From positions 1-59,483 of the forward strand of contig JBEIKL010000001.1 of assembly GCA_040379745.1 (NCBI GenBank): 59,483 nt of DNA, written 5' to 3'. The notes below the pieces were generated by a model. The model was not told where the DNA came from. It saw nothing but the letters and a program-made list of their open reading frames with translations, and made no database searches. Positions 44,023-52,411 of this stretch are shown piece after piece. The DNA comes from Bdellovibrionales bacterium (lineage in GTDB: Bacteria; Bdellovibrionota; UBA1018; CAIMNF01). The first letter of the stretch is position 1, and each line of letters begins with the position of its first letter. The translations under genes were made by a program, and so were the position numbers.

Positions 44023-45347
44023 AAATCCTGGTCGTGGATGATGATCCGCAATCGCTTTCCTCCACCGGTCGCATCCTGGAACACGCCGGTCATGAAGTGG
44101 TGTACGCCTCTTCGGGCGACGAGGCTTTGGGTGTTCTGGATCGGATTTCACCGGTAATGGTCATCACCGATGTGCGCATGCCAGGCATGAACGGAATGCA
44201 GTTCGTCGAGGCTTATCAGAAAAAAGGGTTTCAAATTCCGTTCGTGATCATGACCGCGTTCGGTGAAGTGCAGGATGCGGTGTGGGCGATGAAAATGGGC
44301 GCTGTCGATTTCCTGTTGAAGCCATTTTCGAAGCAGGACCTTTGCAAGGCCGTCGATCAGGTGCTGGTCCGAACCCGCAAAACGGATCGTGGAACCGTGC
44401 TCGAGTTGCAGGACAAAAGCACGATGATCGGTTCGTCCAAGACCATGCAAAAACTGAGAACCCATATCAGCCAAGTGGCGACAACGGACGCCTCTGTGTT
44501 GGTACTCGGTGAGAGTGGAACTGGAAAAGAGCTGGTTTCACAGATGATTCATGATCAGAGTGTGCGCTCGAAAAAGCCGTTCATCGCGGTGAATTGCGCG
44601 GCCATTCCGGAAAACCTCATGGAGAGCGAACTCTTCGGTTATGAGCGCGGGGCTTTTTCTGGTGCCGATCATTCACGTGCAGGGCTGATTGAAGCCGCGG
44701 ATGGTGGAACGCTCTTGCTGGATGAAATCGGTGACATGCCTCTTTCCTTGCAACCGAAACTCCTGAGGGTGTTGGAAACGCAAACTCTTCGACGCTTGGG
44801 ATCCGTACAGGAGCGCAAGCTGAATGTCCGCTTCATTGCAGCGACTCATCAGAATTTGCTGGAGAGGGTGAGGCAGGGTTTGTTCCGGCAAGATCTTTAT
44901 TATCGCTTGGAAGTCATGCCGCTGAATGTTCCATCCCTTAGGGAGCATCCTGAAGACATCCCCGAGCTGATCCAATTCTATCTTGGCAGGTTTTCCGCCG
45001 AACACTTTAAAGTCATCTCCGGAATCGAATCGGATGCGCAAGCAATGCTCATGAGTCATCCGTGGCCCGGAAATGTGCGGGAACTTTCGAATGTCCTGGA
45101 AAGGGCAGTAGTGTTGAATTCCAGCGGCCGGATTGCTTGCGCAGACCTGCCGATCCATATTTCACCGTCCACTGGCAATGGCTCCGAAATCACGATTCCC
45201 CTTGGAACCAGCCTCAAGGAAATCGAAGACCTTTTGATCCAGAAAACGCTGGATCTGACCAACGGGGACCGGGCACAGGCCGCCAGGATGCTGGGAGTGA
45301 ATGAACGGACGGTTTATCGCTGGATCAATCGATCCAAAGAAGATTGA
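44019..45347 (+). CDS. sigma-54-dependent response regulator, NtrC family (REC-AAA+-HTH)
   Basis: ATGA overlap with the kinase gene. REC block MVITDVRMPGMNG. AAA+ motifs VLGESGTGKELVSQMIH and ESELFGYERGAFSGA. HTH RAQAARMLGVNERTVYRWI. Confidence 0.9.
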   Translation: MKILVVDDDPQSLSSTGRILEHAGHEVVYASSGDEALGVLDRISPVMVITDVRMPGMNGMQFVEAYQKKGFQIPFVIMTAFGEVQDAVWAMKMGAVDFLLKPFSKQDLCKAVDQVLVRTRKTDRGTVLELQDKSTMIGSSKTMQKLRTHISQVATTDASVLVLGESGTGKELVSQMIHDQSVRSKKPFIAVNCAAIPENLMESELFGYERGAFSGADHSRAGLIEAADGGTLLLDEIGDMPLSLQPKLLRVLETQTLRRLGSVQERKLNVRFIAATHQNLLERVRQGLFRQDLYYRLEVMPLNVPSLREHPEDIPELIQFYLGRFSAEHFKVISGIESDAQAMLMSHPWPGNVRELSNVLERAVVLNSSGRIACADLPIHISPSTGNGSEITIPLGTSLKEIEDLLIQKTLDLTNGDRAQAARMLGVNERTVYRWINRSKED

Positions 45348-45903
45348 TCTTCCAGGAGCGGATCTGATCGTCTCCGCCCGGAAGGATGGTCGCATGGATT
45401 TCCATTCTCAGGTTGCGGGACAAGTGGTAGCAGAATCCTCGAAAAACTTCGAGATACAGTGAACAGAGTTCGGAGTGATCGATCGGGGAAGCCAGCCAGT
45501 AGAATGAGCAGCTGTTTGCCGTTTTCCTTTCGAGAATGAAAGGATCGGAATGCTGGAGATTCCCTGTTTTCAGGCTCGAAATCGCCAGAAATGCATCATG
45601 TGGATGGTCGATGTTTGCTTGGGGCCACTCTTTTTCGGCAAGGCTCTTTCCGTATTGCCAGCTGGCGCTTTGCAATTGGTTGAATTGGCTTGCCGGTGAA
45701 TCCGATATCGACAACGTTTCCAAGAGCGTTCGTTGCTGATGATTGAAAAGTTCAGCCCATCCCACTGAACCGGTCAGAATCGACTTCTCTTCGACCGGTG
45801 CGTTCCAGAGCATGCTCAGAGAAATGAAATTTCGAAGCTGGTTCTCTTTGCGAGTTTCTTCAATCAGGGGGTAAGGCGAATTCCAGTGTGACTCAGGCAA
45901 CAT
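45325..45903 (-). CDS. hypothetical cytoplasmic protein (192 aa)
   Basis: It starts 9 nt after the stop of the 899-aa gene, in the same operon. No signal peptide. The C-terminal part (CSFYWLASPIDHSELCSLYLEVFRGFCYHL...) has only a vague V4R-like look. Confidence 0.5.
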   Translation of the reverse strand: MLPESHWNSPYPLIEETRKENQLRNFISLSMLWNAPVEEKSILTGSVGWAELFNHQQRTLLETLSISDSPASQFNQLQSASWQYGKSLAEKEWPQANIDHPHDAFLAISSLKTGNLQHSDPFILERKTANSCSFYWLASPIDHSELCSLYLEVFRGFCYHLSRNLRMEIHATILPGGDDQIRSWKINLLWID

Positions 45904-45912
45904 GATTCATCC

Positions 45913-48612
45913 TCACTGCAAAAGCCCCATTTTTAAAGCGGATGTGTTTTCCAGGGTTTCAATCAGGCACGCGCTGAGAAGATGTTTCAGTTCTTTTTTT
46001 CTCATTTTTTCCGCGTGGTAGGCCTTGATGATCTGATTGCTGACGATCCGGATCTGTTCCGGATTTTTAGGAATGCGGATCTCAAGACAGATTTCCTTCC
46101 AGGTCGGTTCGGCAACGATGTTTCTCATTACCACCAGTTTATCCAAAGTCTGTTCACGAATCCAGCTGTCCTGAATGTGCAAGAATTGGGTGAGTCCCTT
46201 GTTGGTCGCCAGAACGATACCGGGTGTCGGTTGCTGAACCGCACTGATGCTGGAGATCGCCTGGTGTTCAGGCATGGTCGGAGTGAAGCGGATCAACGGG
46301 TGCTGATCGATGCGGCACAGATCACCATCTTGAAGGACAAACTTCTCCAGCTGGTGTTGGAGGATTTGGCCGTCTTCCGACACCATGGAGAACAGGGCCG
46401 CTTGTTCCTTTCGCTGCTGATAAAGCACTTGAGCCGCGAGAACGAAAATTTTCGATTTCAAGGAAGCCGATTCCTGTTTTTTGCTTTCCAAGAGGGTCAG
46501 AGCTTCACCCGGCTTGGACGGCACCAGTGAGATCAGTCGCTCCTCGAGAGGACTCAGTGGAATCAACGAAGCCTGAAGATGGGATTCCTTCAGGTATCGG
46601 CAGATGTGTTTCGGAATCGGGATCGATTTGACATCGGATTCCTTCAGCATCCAGTTTCCTTTTTTGCGTTCCGCGGAATACTGCAACCAATCCCGCGTGA
46701 GGTGCGAACGGATCAGTGACTGAAGCGGTACGGACCAGCTGCCATCCTGCGGGTAGATGATGAACACGTTTCCTTTTTTCATCGGATCATTCGGCAGATC
46801 GGCTTCTTCAGCCGTGAAGATCTCGTTTCCTTGTGAGCCGGTCTCAGACCAGAGGAAGTACCGGGGCGGAGAGGAAATCATCGGATTACCCGGTGTGGAG
46901 CTGGAAAGGTTCCGGATGAGTTCCACCCAGGAAACCATTCTGACGATGGCCAGTTCTCCCAGTGGGGTGGAGCTCCGCTTCAGGGATTCGATCTGATCAA
47001 CCATCTCATCGTCAGCCGGGTTGAACCAGTGTTGTTCCCATTCGCGTTGTTCGATCGGGCTGATCCGGGAATGAATCTGGAACGGTTCGTGAGGGAAGCT
47101 CTGATCGGGTTTCTTCAGTAGCGAGAAAATGCGATCAAACAAGAGTTGTACATCCGTGGAGTTGTTCACGGCTCCGTACGTCTTGATCATGATCGGACGA
47201 TGGCCTTTCCGTTCTTCCATCTGGTTCTCTCGTTGGAAAACATAAAGCGCTTTGGGAAGATCTCGCTTGATCGAATCCTGGGAACATTGGAGTGCGCTCA
47301 GGTCGGCGATGAAGAGGAGCTTTGCCTGATTGAGGATGAAGTGAAGGGCGTTCTTTCCCGAAGTCTCATCCAGGATTTCTTCCCGTGCCCAGACGAGGAT
47401 GCCGCCCTGTCTTAGTTTGTCGAGGGACTGGCACGCCTGATAGATTCCGCGCGTGGTGTTCTGATCCTTCACTTTTTTCAGCACCGAATGCTGATCAATC
47501 TGCTTCCGGAGAGCCTGTCCTGCCAGGGTTCTTGACTGCGTCCGGATCGGATTCTCCTCGGCAATGATGGAAATCTCGCAGGAGGAAATCGCTTCGATCT
47601 GCTGGATGATGTTCTGTTTTCCGCAATGGGTGAGTTGAAGCGAGGATTGGTGGTCCATGCTCATTTCGAGACTGCTTCCACGGATCCAGAGAGGAAGTGT
47701 TTTCGGTTCGCTCCAAAGATAACGGATTTCACAGAAAAGAAGCTCGAACGAAAGCGGTTCGAATCCGATCCATTCGATGTGTTCGGGGGAATGATCCATC
47801 ATGGAACCATCGCGAAGGGTGGGGCAGAAGCCGAATACCGATCGCTCGGACTGACGGATCAGCTGATGGCTTTGCATGGATTTCCAAAGATAGCGGTAAA
47901 AATACTTGCTGTAACGATCTCGTTCGCCAAGCGTATCGGCTGAAATTTTCCGTGCTTTGACCAACAGCCATTCCTTGATTTTCTCAAGCCCCGGATCTTC
48001 TGAAGTCGCGGATTCGATCAGGTTCCAAAGTTGGTTCTGATGGTTGGCGGTGAGGTTGTACCAGGAATAGAAATTCTGCTGGATCAATTGGCTGGTCGAA
48101 GTCTGAAGATTCACGAAAGAACTCATCGCCTTGTTGATGGCGGATGTGAGGTTCTTCAGGTCCATCATCACGAATTTTTCCTTGGACCACGATTTCACCA
48201 ATAGGGCTTTTCCCAATTGCACGAATGCGATCTGCCGGAACAGGTGTTTCAATGCTTCCTGTGCTTGGGGGGAGCGGTCTTGTGCGATGAATTCCTTCAG
48301 TTTTTCCTGCGGATTTTCCGGTTCCGGTTGCTTGGAGAGTTCAGCGAGGAAGCGACCGATGCTTTCCCTTCTGGACGGGTTGAGTTTGCAAAGTTGATCC
48401 GCGTTTTTCAGGAGTTCCTGAACCACGTCCTCGATGAATTGATTGAGCTGTTTTTCAAGAAAATATGCCGGGGTGACGGGTGCGGAAGGGGGAATGGACT
48501 GACTGGAAATCGGATCAATCGGGGCGCGTTCAACCTTGCCAGAATTGAGTTTGGACTCGATTCTGTCTCTCTGGAGCAAGTTTGTTAAGTTGAAGCCAGG
48601 TTGTTTGTTCAT
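45913..48612 (-). CDS. hypothetical cytoplasmic protein (899 aa) with no recognisable catalytic motif
   Basis: Long uninterrupted ORF with no signal peptide, TM segment or P-loop. One block, DKLRQGGILVWAREEILDETSGKNALHFILNQAKLLFIADLSAL, resembles the post-catalytic region of N6-adenine DNA methyltransferases. There is no (D/N/S)PP(Y/F/W) motif and no SAM-binding loop. Confidence 0.65.
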   Translation of the reverse strand: MNKQPGFNLTNLLQRDRIESKLNSGKVERAPIDPISSQSIPPSAPVTPAYFLEKQLNQFIEDVVQELLKNADQLCKLNPSRRESIGRFLAELSKQPEPENPQEKLKEFIAQDRSPQAQEALKHLFRQIAFVQLGKALLVKSWSKEKFVMMDLKNLTSAINKAMSSFVNLQTSTSQLIQQNFYSWYNLTANHQNQLWNLIESATSEDPGLEKIKEWLLVKARKISADTLGERDRYSKYFYRYLWKSMQSHQLIRQSERSVFGFCPTLRDGSMMDHSPEHIEWIGFEPLSFELLFCEIRYLWSEPKTLPLWIRGSSLEMSMDHQSSLQLTHCGKQNIIQQIEAISSCEISIIAEENPIRTQSRTLAGQALRKQIDQHSVLKKVKDQNTTRGIYQACQSLDKLRQGGILVWAREEILDETSGKNALHFILNQAKLLFIADLSALQCSQDSIKRDLPKALYVFQRENQMEERKGHRPIMIKTYGAVNNSTDVQLLFDRIFSLLKKPDQSFPHEPFQIHSRISPIEQREWEQHWFNPADDEMVDQIESLKRSSTPLGELAIVRMVSWVELIRNLSSSTPGNPMISSPPRYFLWSETGSQGNEIFTAEEADLPNDPMKKGNVFIIYPQDGSWSVPLQSLIRSHLTRDWLQYSAERKKGNWMLKESDVKSIPIPKHICRYLKESHLQASLIPLSPLEERLISLVPSKPGEALTLLESKKQESASLKSKIFVLAAQVLYQQRKEQAALFSMVSEDGQILQHQLEKFVLQDGDLCRIDQHPLIRFTPTMPEHQAISSISAVQQPTPGIVLATNKGLTQFLHIQDSWIREQTLDKLVVMRNIVAEPTWKEICLEIRIPKNPEQIRIVSNQIIKAYHAEKMRKKELKHLLSACLIETLENTSALKMGLLQ

Positions 48613-48778
48613 TGTCGAAGACTCAATCCCCTATGTCGTCGCCAGCCCAATTTTTGCCGGAAAAATCTTATATCAGCACCTAGTCAATGAATCTAGTTTT
48701 AATTTTCCATAGAAATTACGGGTACTTGTACTCGAATAAAACTCTACAGTTTTTTGAATTTAGGGCCGATCAGAGGGT

Positions 48779-49180
48779 ATGTCAAAGGCCCTTTCCAGAG
48801 TGCGAGCATTGGTATCTGAAATCGACGCAATCCAGACCGGAGGACGCAAGTACTCCTCGTCATCCGTCCCACTGATGAAAGCGGTCGAGACGGTAAAGGC
48901 GCTCCAGTCCGAACAGGCTTCTGGCGCATCCGGTTATATGCCACCGATGGGTGCGGAAGCGGGTAATGTCTATCAGTTGAATTCCGCTCCGGTCGCCACT
49001 CCCGTGGTTCCCGCTACGCCGGAAGGGAAGATCCTGATCCAGATGACCGGCAAGATTGCCGTTCAACTCCAGATGGACGATACAGATGAAATCGTTGAGG
49101 TTCGTCAACTCGGGGAAATGATCGAGATTCGCTTTAATGACGGAAAAGCCATTCACTTACCGCTGAAAAACGTGGCATAG
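48779..49180 (+). CDS. hypothetical small protein (133 aa)
   Basis: AGAGGG lies 5 nt upstream of the ATG. Helical N-terminus, Pro/Ala/Val linker and a beta-rich C-terminus. It ends 7 nt before rsmD. Confidence 0.5.
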   Translation: MSKALSRVRALVSEIDAIQTGGRKYSSSSVPLMKAVETVKALQSEQASGASGYMPPMGAEAGNVYQLNSAPVATPVVPATPEGKILIQMTGKIAVQLQMDDTDEIVEVRQLGEMIEIRFNDGKAIHLPLKNVA

Positions 49181-49187
49181 TTGATCC

Positions 49188-49772
49188 GTGCTCAAAATCA
49201 CTTCAGGACTTTTTCGCGGTCGTCTCATCCAGTCGCCACCGGGTTCGGAAACCCGGCCCACCACTGAACGTTTGCGTCAGGCTTGGTTGAACGCACTCCA
49301 GTTTTCTTTGCAGGATGCACGCATCCTGGACTTGTTTTCAGGCTCCGGCGCATTGGGGCTTGAGGCTCTTTCTCGTGGAGCCGCTTACGTGATCTTCGTC
49401 GAGGCGGATGCCAAGGCTGCTACCATCATCCAGAAAAACATCCAGACTCTCGGCCTTCAGGATCAGGCACGTGTGATCGTTCGCAAGGTGGAAGTGGCAC
49501 TGACCGAGCTTTCAAAAGAACCCCCGTTCGATCTCATCTTCATGGATCCTCCGTATCATCAGGGTTACGAAGAGATGATCCTCCAGAATTGGCCATTGAG
49601 GGAATTGCTCGTCGAAAATGGAAAACTCTGTGTCGAGAGTGCAAAACAGAAAAAATCTTCCACCAAAGGCGGCTATCCTCCGCCACCAACATTCGAAGTC
49701 GTCCGTGACGAACGTTACGGAGACAGCCAGCTCACATTCTATTCTCCTTTGGAATCGAGGGAAAATGCATGA
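49188..49772 (+). CDS. rsmD: 16S rRNA (guanine966-N2)-methyltransferase RsmD
   Basis: GTG start. SAM motif LDLFSGSGALGLEALSRGA and catalytic FMDPPY. The usual rsmD-coaD pairing. Confidence 0.85.
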   Translation: MLKITSGLFRGRLIQSPPGSETRPTTERLRQAWLNALQFSLQDARILDLFSGSGALGLEALSRGAAYVIFVEADAKAATIIQKNIQTLGLQDQARVIVRKVEVALTELSKEPPFDLIFMDPPYHQGYEEMILQNWPLRELLVENGKLCVESAKQKKSSTKGGYPPPPTFEVVRDERYGDSQLTFYSPLESRENA

Positions 49773-50242
49773 AGGCAATTTATCCCGGATCCTTTGATCC
49801 GTTCACCAATGGTCATCTGGACATCCTGGAACGTGCTCTTCGCATGTTCAAGGAAGTCACCGTTCTAGTGGCGGGTAGCAGTCGCAAGACCAAGCTCCTC
49901 ACTGTTGAGGAACGCGTGGAGCTCATTCGCGAAACCGTAAAGGACATGCCGAACGTGAAGGTGGACAGCACCACCGGCCTCATCATGGAATACGCCCATC
50001 AACATAAGGTCAGGGCAGTGATCCGCGGTCTTCGCACTCCGAGTGATTTCGAATATGAATACATGATGGCAACCATGAACAAGAACATTCATCCCGAATG
50101 TGAAACGGTGTTCATGATGACATCCCAAGGGCTTTATTTCGTCAGTTCCAGCATGATCAAGGAACTGCACACTTATGGAGGCGACATTTCGCCCTACGTT
50201 CCCGCGCCTGTCCTGAAAAAATTGAAGGAAAAGTTGAAATGA
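49769..50242 (+). CDS. coaD: phosphopantetheine adenylyltransferase
   Basis: IYPGSFDPFTNGHLDI; 157 aa. Confidence 0.93.
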   Translation: MKAIYPGSFDPFTNGHLDILERALRMFKEVTVLVAGSSRKTKLLTVEERVELIRETVKDMPNVKVDSTTGLIMEYAHQHKVRAVIRGLRTPSDFEYEYMMATMNKNIHPECETVFMMTSQGLYFVSSSMIKELHTYGGDISPYVPAPVLKKLKEKLK

Positions 50243-51435
50243 GATTCACCCATCGCGTGAGCAGCTTGCGCGAAAGCGCCACACTCAAGATCAACGCCAT
50301 TGCCAATCAGCTCAAGCAAGAAGGCAAGTCGATCATCAATCTCACCGCCGGTGAACCTGATTTCCCTGTTTTTGACGAGGCGAAAAAGGCCGTGATCGAA
50401 GCCTTGGAAAAAAACCTTTCCAAATACACCCCGACTCCGGGAATTCCCGAGTTGCGTGAATTGGTGGCGAAAAAAACAAACGCCCAACAACCGGCGCTGG
50501 TCGCAAATCCGTGGAAGGCTTCGAACGTGATGGTCACCAATGGAGGGAAACAAGCCCTGTTCGATGTGATTCTCACGTTGATCGAAAAGGGTGACGAGGT
50601 GCTGATTCCTTCCCCGTTCTGGTTGAGCTATCCGGAAATGGTGAGTGTGGCGGAAGGGGAGTCCCGATTCATCCCAACCACTTTCGAATCACGTTACAAG
50701 ATCACTGCCGACTCACTGGAAAAGGCGATCACCGCGAAAACCAGAATGATGATCCTGAACTCACCGAGCAATCCCACCGGTGCCATGTACAGTCGCGAAG
50801 AATTACAGGCTCTGGGCACCGTTCTTGAAAAGCATCCCCAGGTTTGGATCGTCAGTGACGAGATCTATGATCTGATTGATTATACTACGGGGGGCTGGAC
50901 CTCTTTTCTCGAAGCGAACCCGTCCTTGCGTAATCGCACGATCACCGTCAATGGAATGTCGAAAAGCGGAGCGATGACCGGTTGGCGCGTGGGTTGGTCC
51001 GTCAGTCCCGAATCCGTAACACCTAAGCTGAATGCGCTTCAGGGGCACTCAACCTCCGGAATTTGCTCGTTATCTCAGGCGGCGGCCGTAGCGACCTTGA
51101 AATTGCCCCGTGAACGCTTTGCCTACCAGCTCAAAGAATATTTAAATAGGCGCAATTTAGCGTTGGAAGTGCTCAGGAAATCAGGGAAAATCAGGGTAGA
51201 CGAGCCTCAGGGTGCATTCTATCTCTTCATGGATCTCTCCGGGGTGTTCGTCGGTAACAAAGCCGGGCAGGATGCGGATGGATTTGTACAGGATCTTCTC
51301 AGGGATGAACAGGTTGCGGTCGTTTCAGGGGTCGATTTCGGCGCTCCGAAATGCGTTCGCATCAGCTTTGCGACCGACCTCGACACGCTCCTTGCCGGTT
51401 GCCGCAAAATCGTCGATTACTGCGATCGCTATTAG
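50239..51435 (+). CDS. class I PLP-dependent (aspartate-type) aminotransferase
   Basis: LNSPSNPTGAMY and the PLP-Lys block NGMSKSGAMTGWRVGW. Confidence 0.88.
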   Translation: MRFTHRVSSLRESATLKINAIANQLKQEGKSIINLTAGEPDFPVFDEAKKAVIEALEKNLSKYTPTPGIPELRELVAKKTNAQQPALVANPWKASNVMVTNGGKQALFDVILTLIEKGDEVLIPSPFWLSYPEMVSVAEGESRFIPTTFESRYKITADSLEKAITAKTRMMILNSPSNPTGAMYSREELQALGTVLEKHPQVWIVSDEIYDLIDYTTGGWTSFLEANPSLRNRTITVNGMSKSGAMTGWRVGWSVSPESVTPKLNALQGHSTSGICSLSQAAAVATLKLPRERFAYQLKEYLNRRNLALEVLRKSGKIRVDEPQGAFYLFMDLSGVFVGNKAGQDADGFVQDLLRDEQVAVVSGVDFGAPKCVRISFATDLDTLLAGCRKIVDYCDRY

Positions 51436-52411
51436 TTCACAGCTCCTGATTCAAGGATGCGGACTTTCTCCGTTCGACGTCAACAACGAGACCGATCGGA
51501 ACACAATGATTGCAACGATCCGGAGCAATCTCAGCTCTTTCAACTGTGCTTCCGCAGTTGAAAAGTCCGAATCCCTCTTCAATTCCCGTTATGTGACCAA
51601 TGAAATCCGAATGCTTCATGCTTCTTCTTATGGTTGCCTTGCAGGCGTCCAGCTGATTCCGCTCATGACCGCGGTTGGAAGTGGGGATTACACAGTGGTC
51701 GCTGGTGTGCCTCCCACGACAAAATTCTTCAATACCATGGCTCAGATTTTTCCTTCCAGTGCCATTGTCGATGCCAAGACCCAAAGCTTACAGAAAATGC
51801 AGGATGTGCTTCAGAGCATGATTGTTCCAGGTGCCGTGCTTTCCGATTTCGATTCGAACATCATCAATCCCTACAATACGGGATCACTGCTTTACCGCGA
51901 CCGAACCGATGATGCCAACACGCTTCTGATGTTTTCCTCCATGGCGCTTTTTGGAACCCTGTTGAGCCGGTATGGCGATCCGGATCCATCCAGTTACGAC
52001 CAACGGAAAAAGATCCTGGACACTTGGTCGAACGAGACCGCAATCGCCAACGACGTCACCAAAAACGCCTGTTCCTTCGCTTCCAGTGTCTTGAACATGT
52101 ATGATGGTGTTTCCGTGGTTTCCACGGTTTCGTCCGGAGCCTTGGGAACAGCGCTACTGGCAATGCAGGCCGCGCTCGATACGATCATCTCCGCAGGCAT
52201 GCAGAAATGCAGGAATGGCCAAGTGGGAATCGGTGACGGCGATGACGATCCGACCAATGACCGTTATGGCGAAACCCGTTGTAACAATGCAAAGTCAAGG
52301 CTCCGTTACCGCAACGCCTGTCATGAGACCGATCGTGATCCTCAGCCGGTGCGGACTTTCGTGCATGGAATGATGATTGCCATCGATGGAACCTGGGCGG
52401 GAGTTCCATGA
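51392..52411 (+). CDS. hypothetical lipoprotein; the start is uncertain
   Basis: A TTG at 51392 would give (M)PVAAKSSITAIAISSQLLIQG|C, a 22-aa lipoprotein-type signal, but it overlaps the aminotransferase 3' end by 44 nt. The first ATG after that gene is at 51506 and gives no signal peptide. ATGA overlap with the downstream barrel gene. Confidence 0.45.
   Translation: MPVAAKSSITAIAISSQLLIQGCGLSPFDVNNETDRNTMIATIRSNLSSFNCASAVEKSESLFNSRYVTNEIRMLHASSYGCLAGVQLIPLMTAVGSGDYTVVAGVPPTTKFFNTMAQIFPSSAIVDAKTQSLQKMQDVLQSMIVPGAVLSDFDSNIINPYNTGSLLYRDRTDDANTLLMFSSMALFGTLLSRYGDPDPSSYDQRKKILDTWSNETAIANDVTKNACSFASSVLNMYDGVSVVSTVSSGALGTALLAMQAALDTIISAGMQKCRNGQVGIGDGDDDPTNDRYGETRCNNAKSRLRYRNACHETDRDPQPVRTFVHGMMIAIDGTWAGVP

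Noticed and set aside
39726-45347. The AddB-like nuclease plus the two-component system as a single functional defence-like operon.
   Set aside because: Only proximity supports this: a 46-nt gap on the same strand. I know of no precedent, and no shared regulatory signal is visible. I report them as separate observations.
51212-51391. The upstream part of the 399-aa ORF-track entry, which overlaps the aminotransferase gene by over 200 nt.
   Set aside because: It lies in an alternative frame of a strongly supported gene, and its composition is Ser/Arg/Ala-rich. Only the last 44 nt, from the TTG at 51392, are needed to supply a signal peptide.
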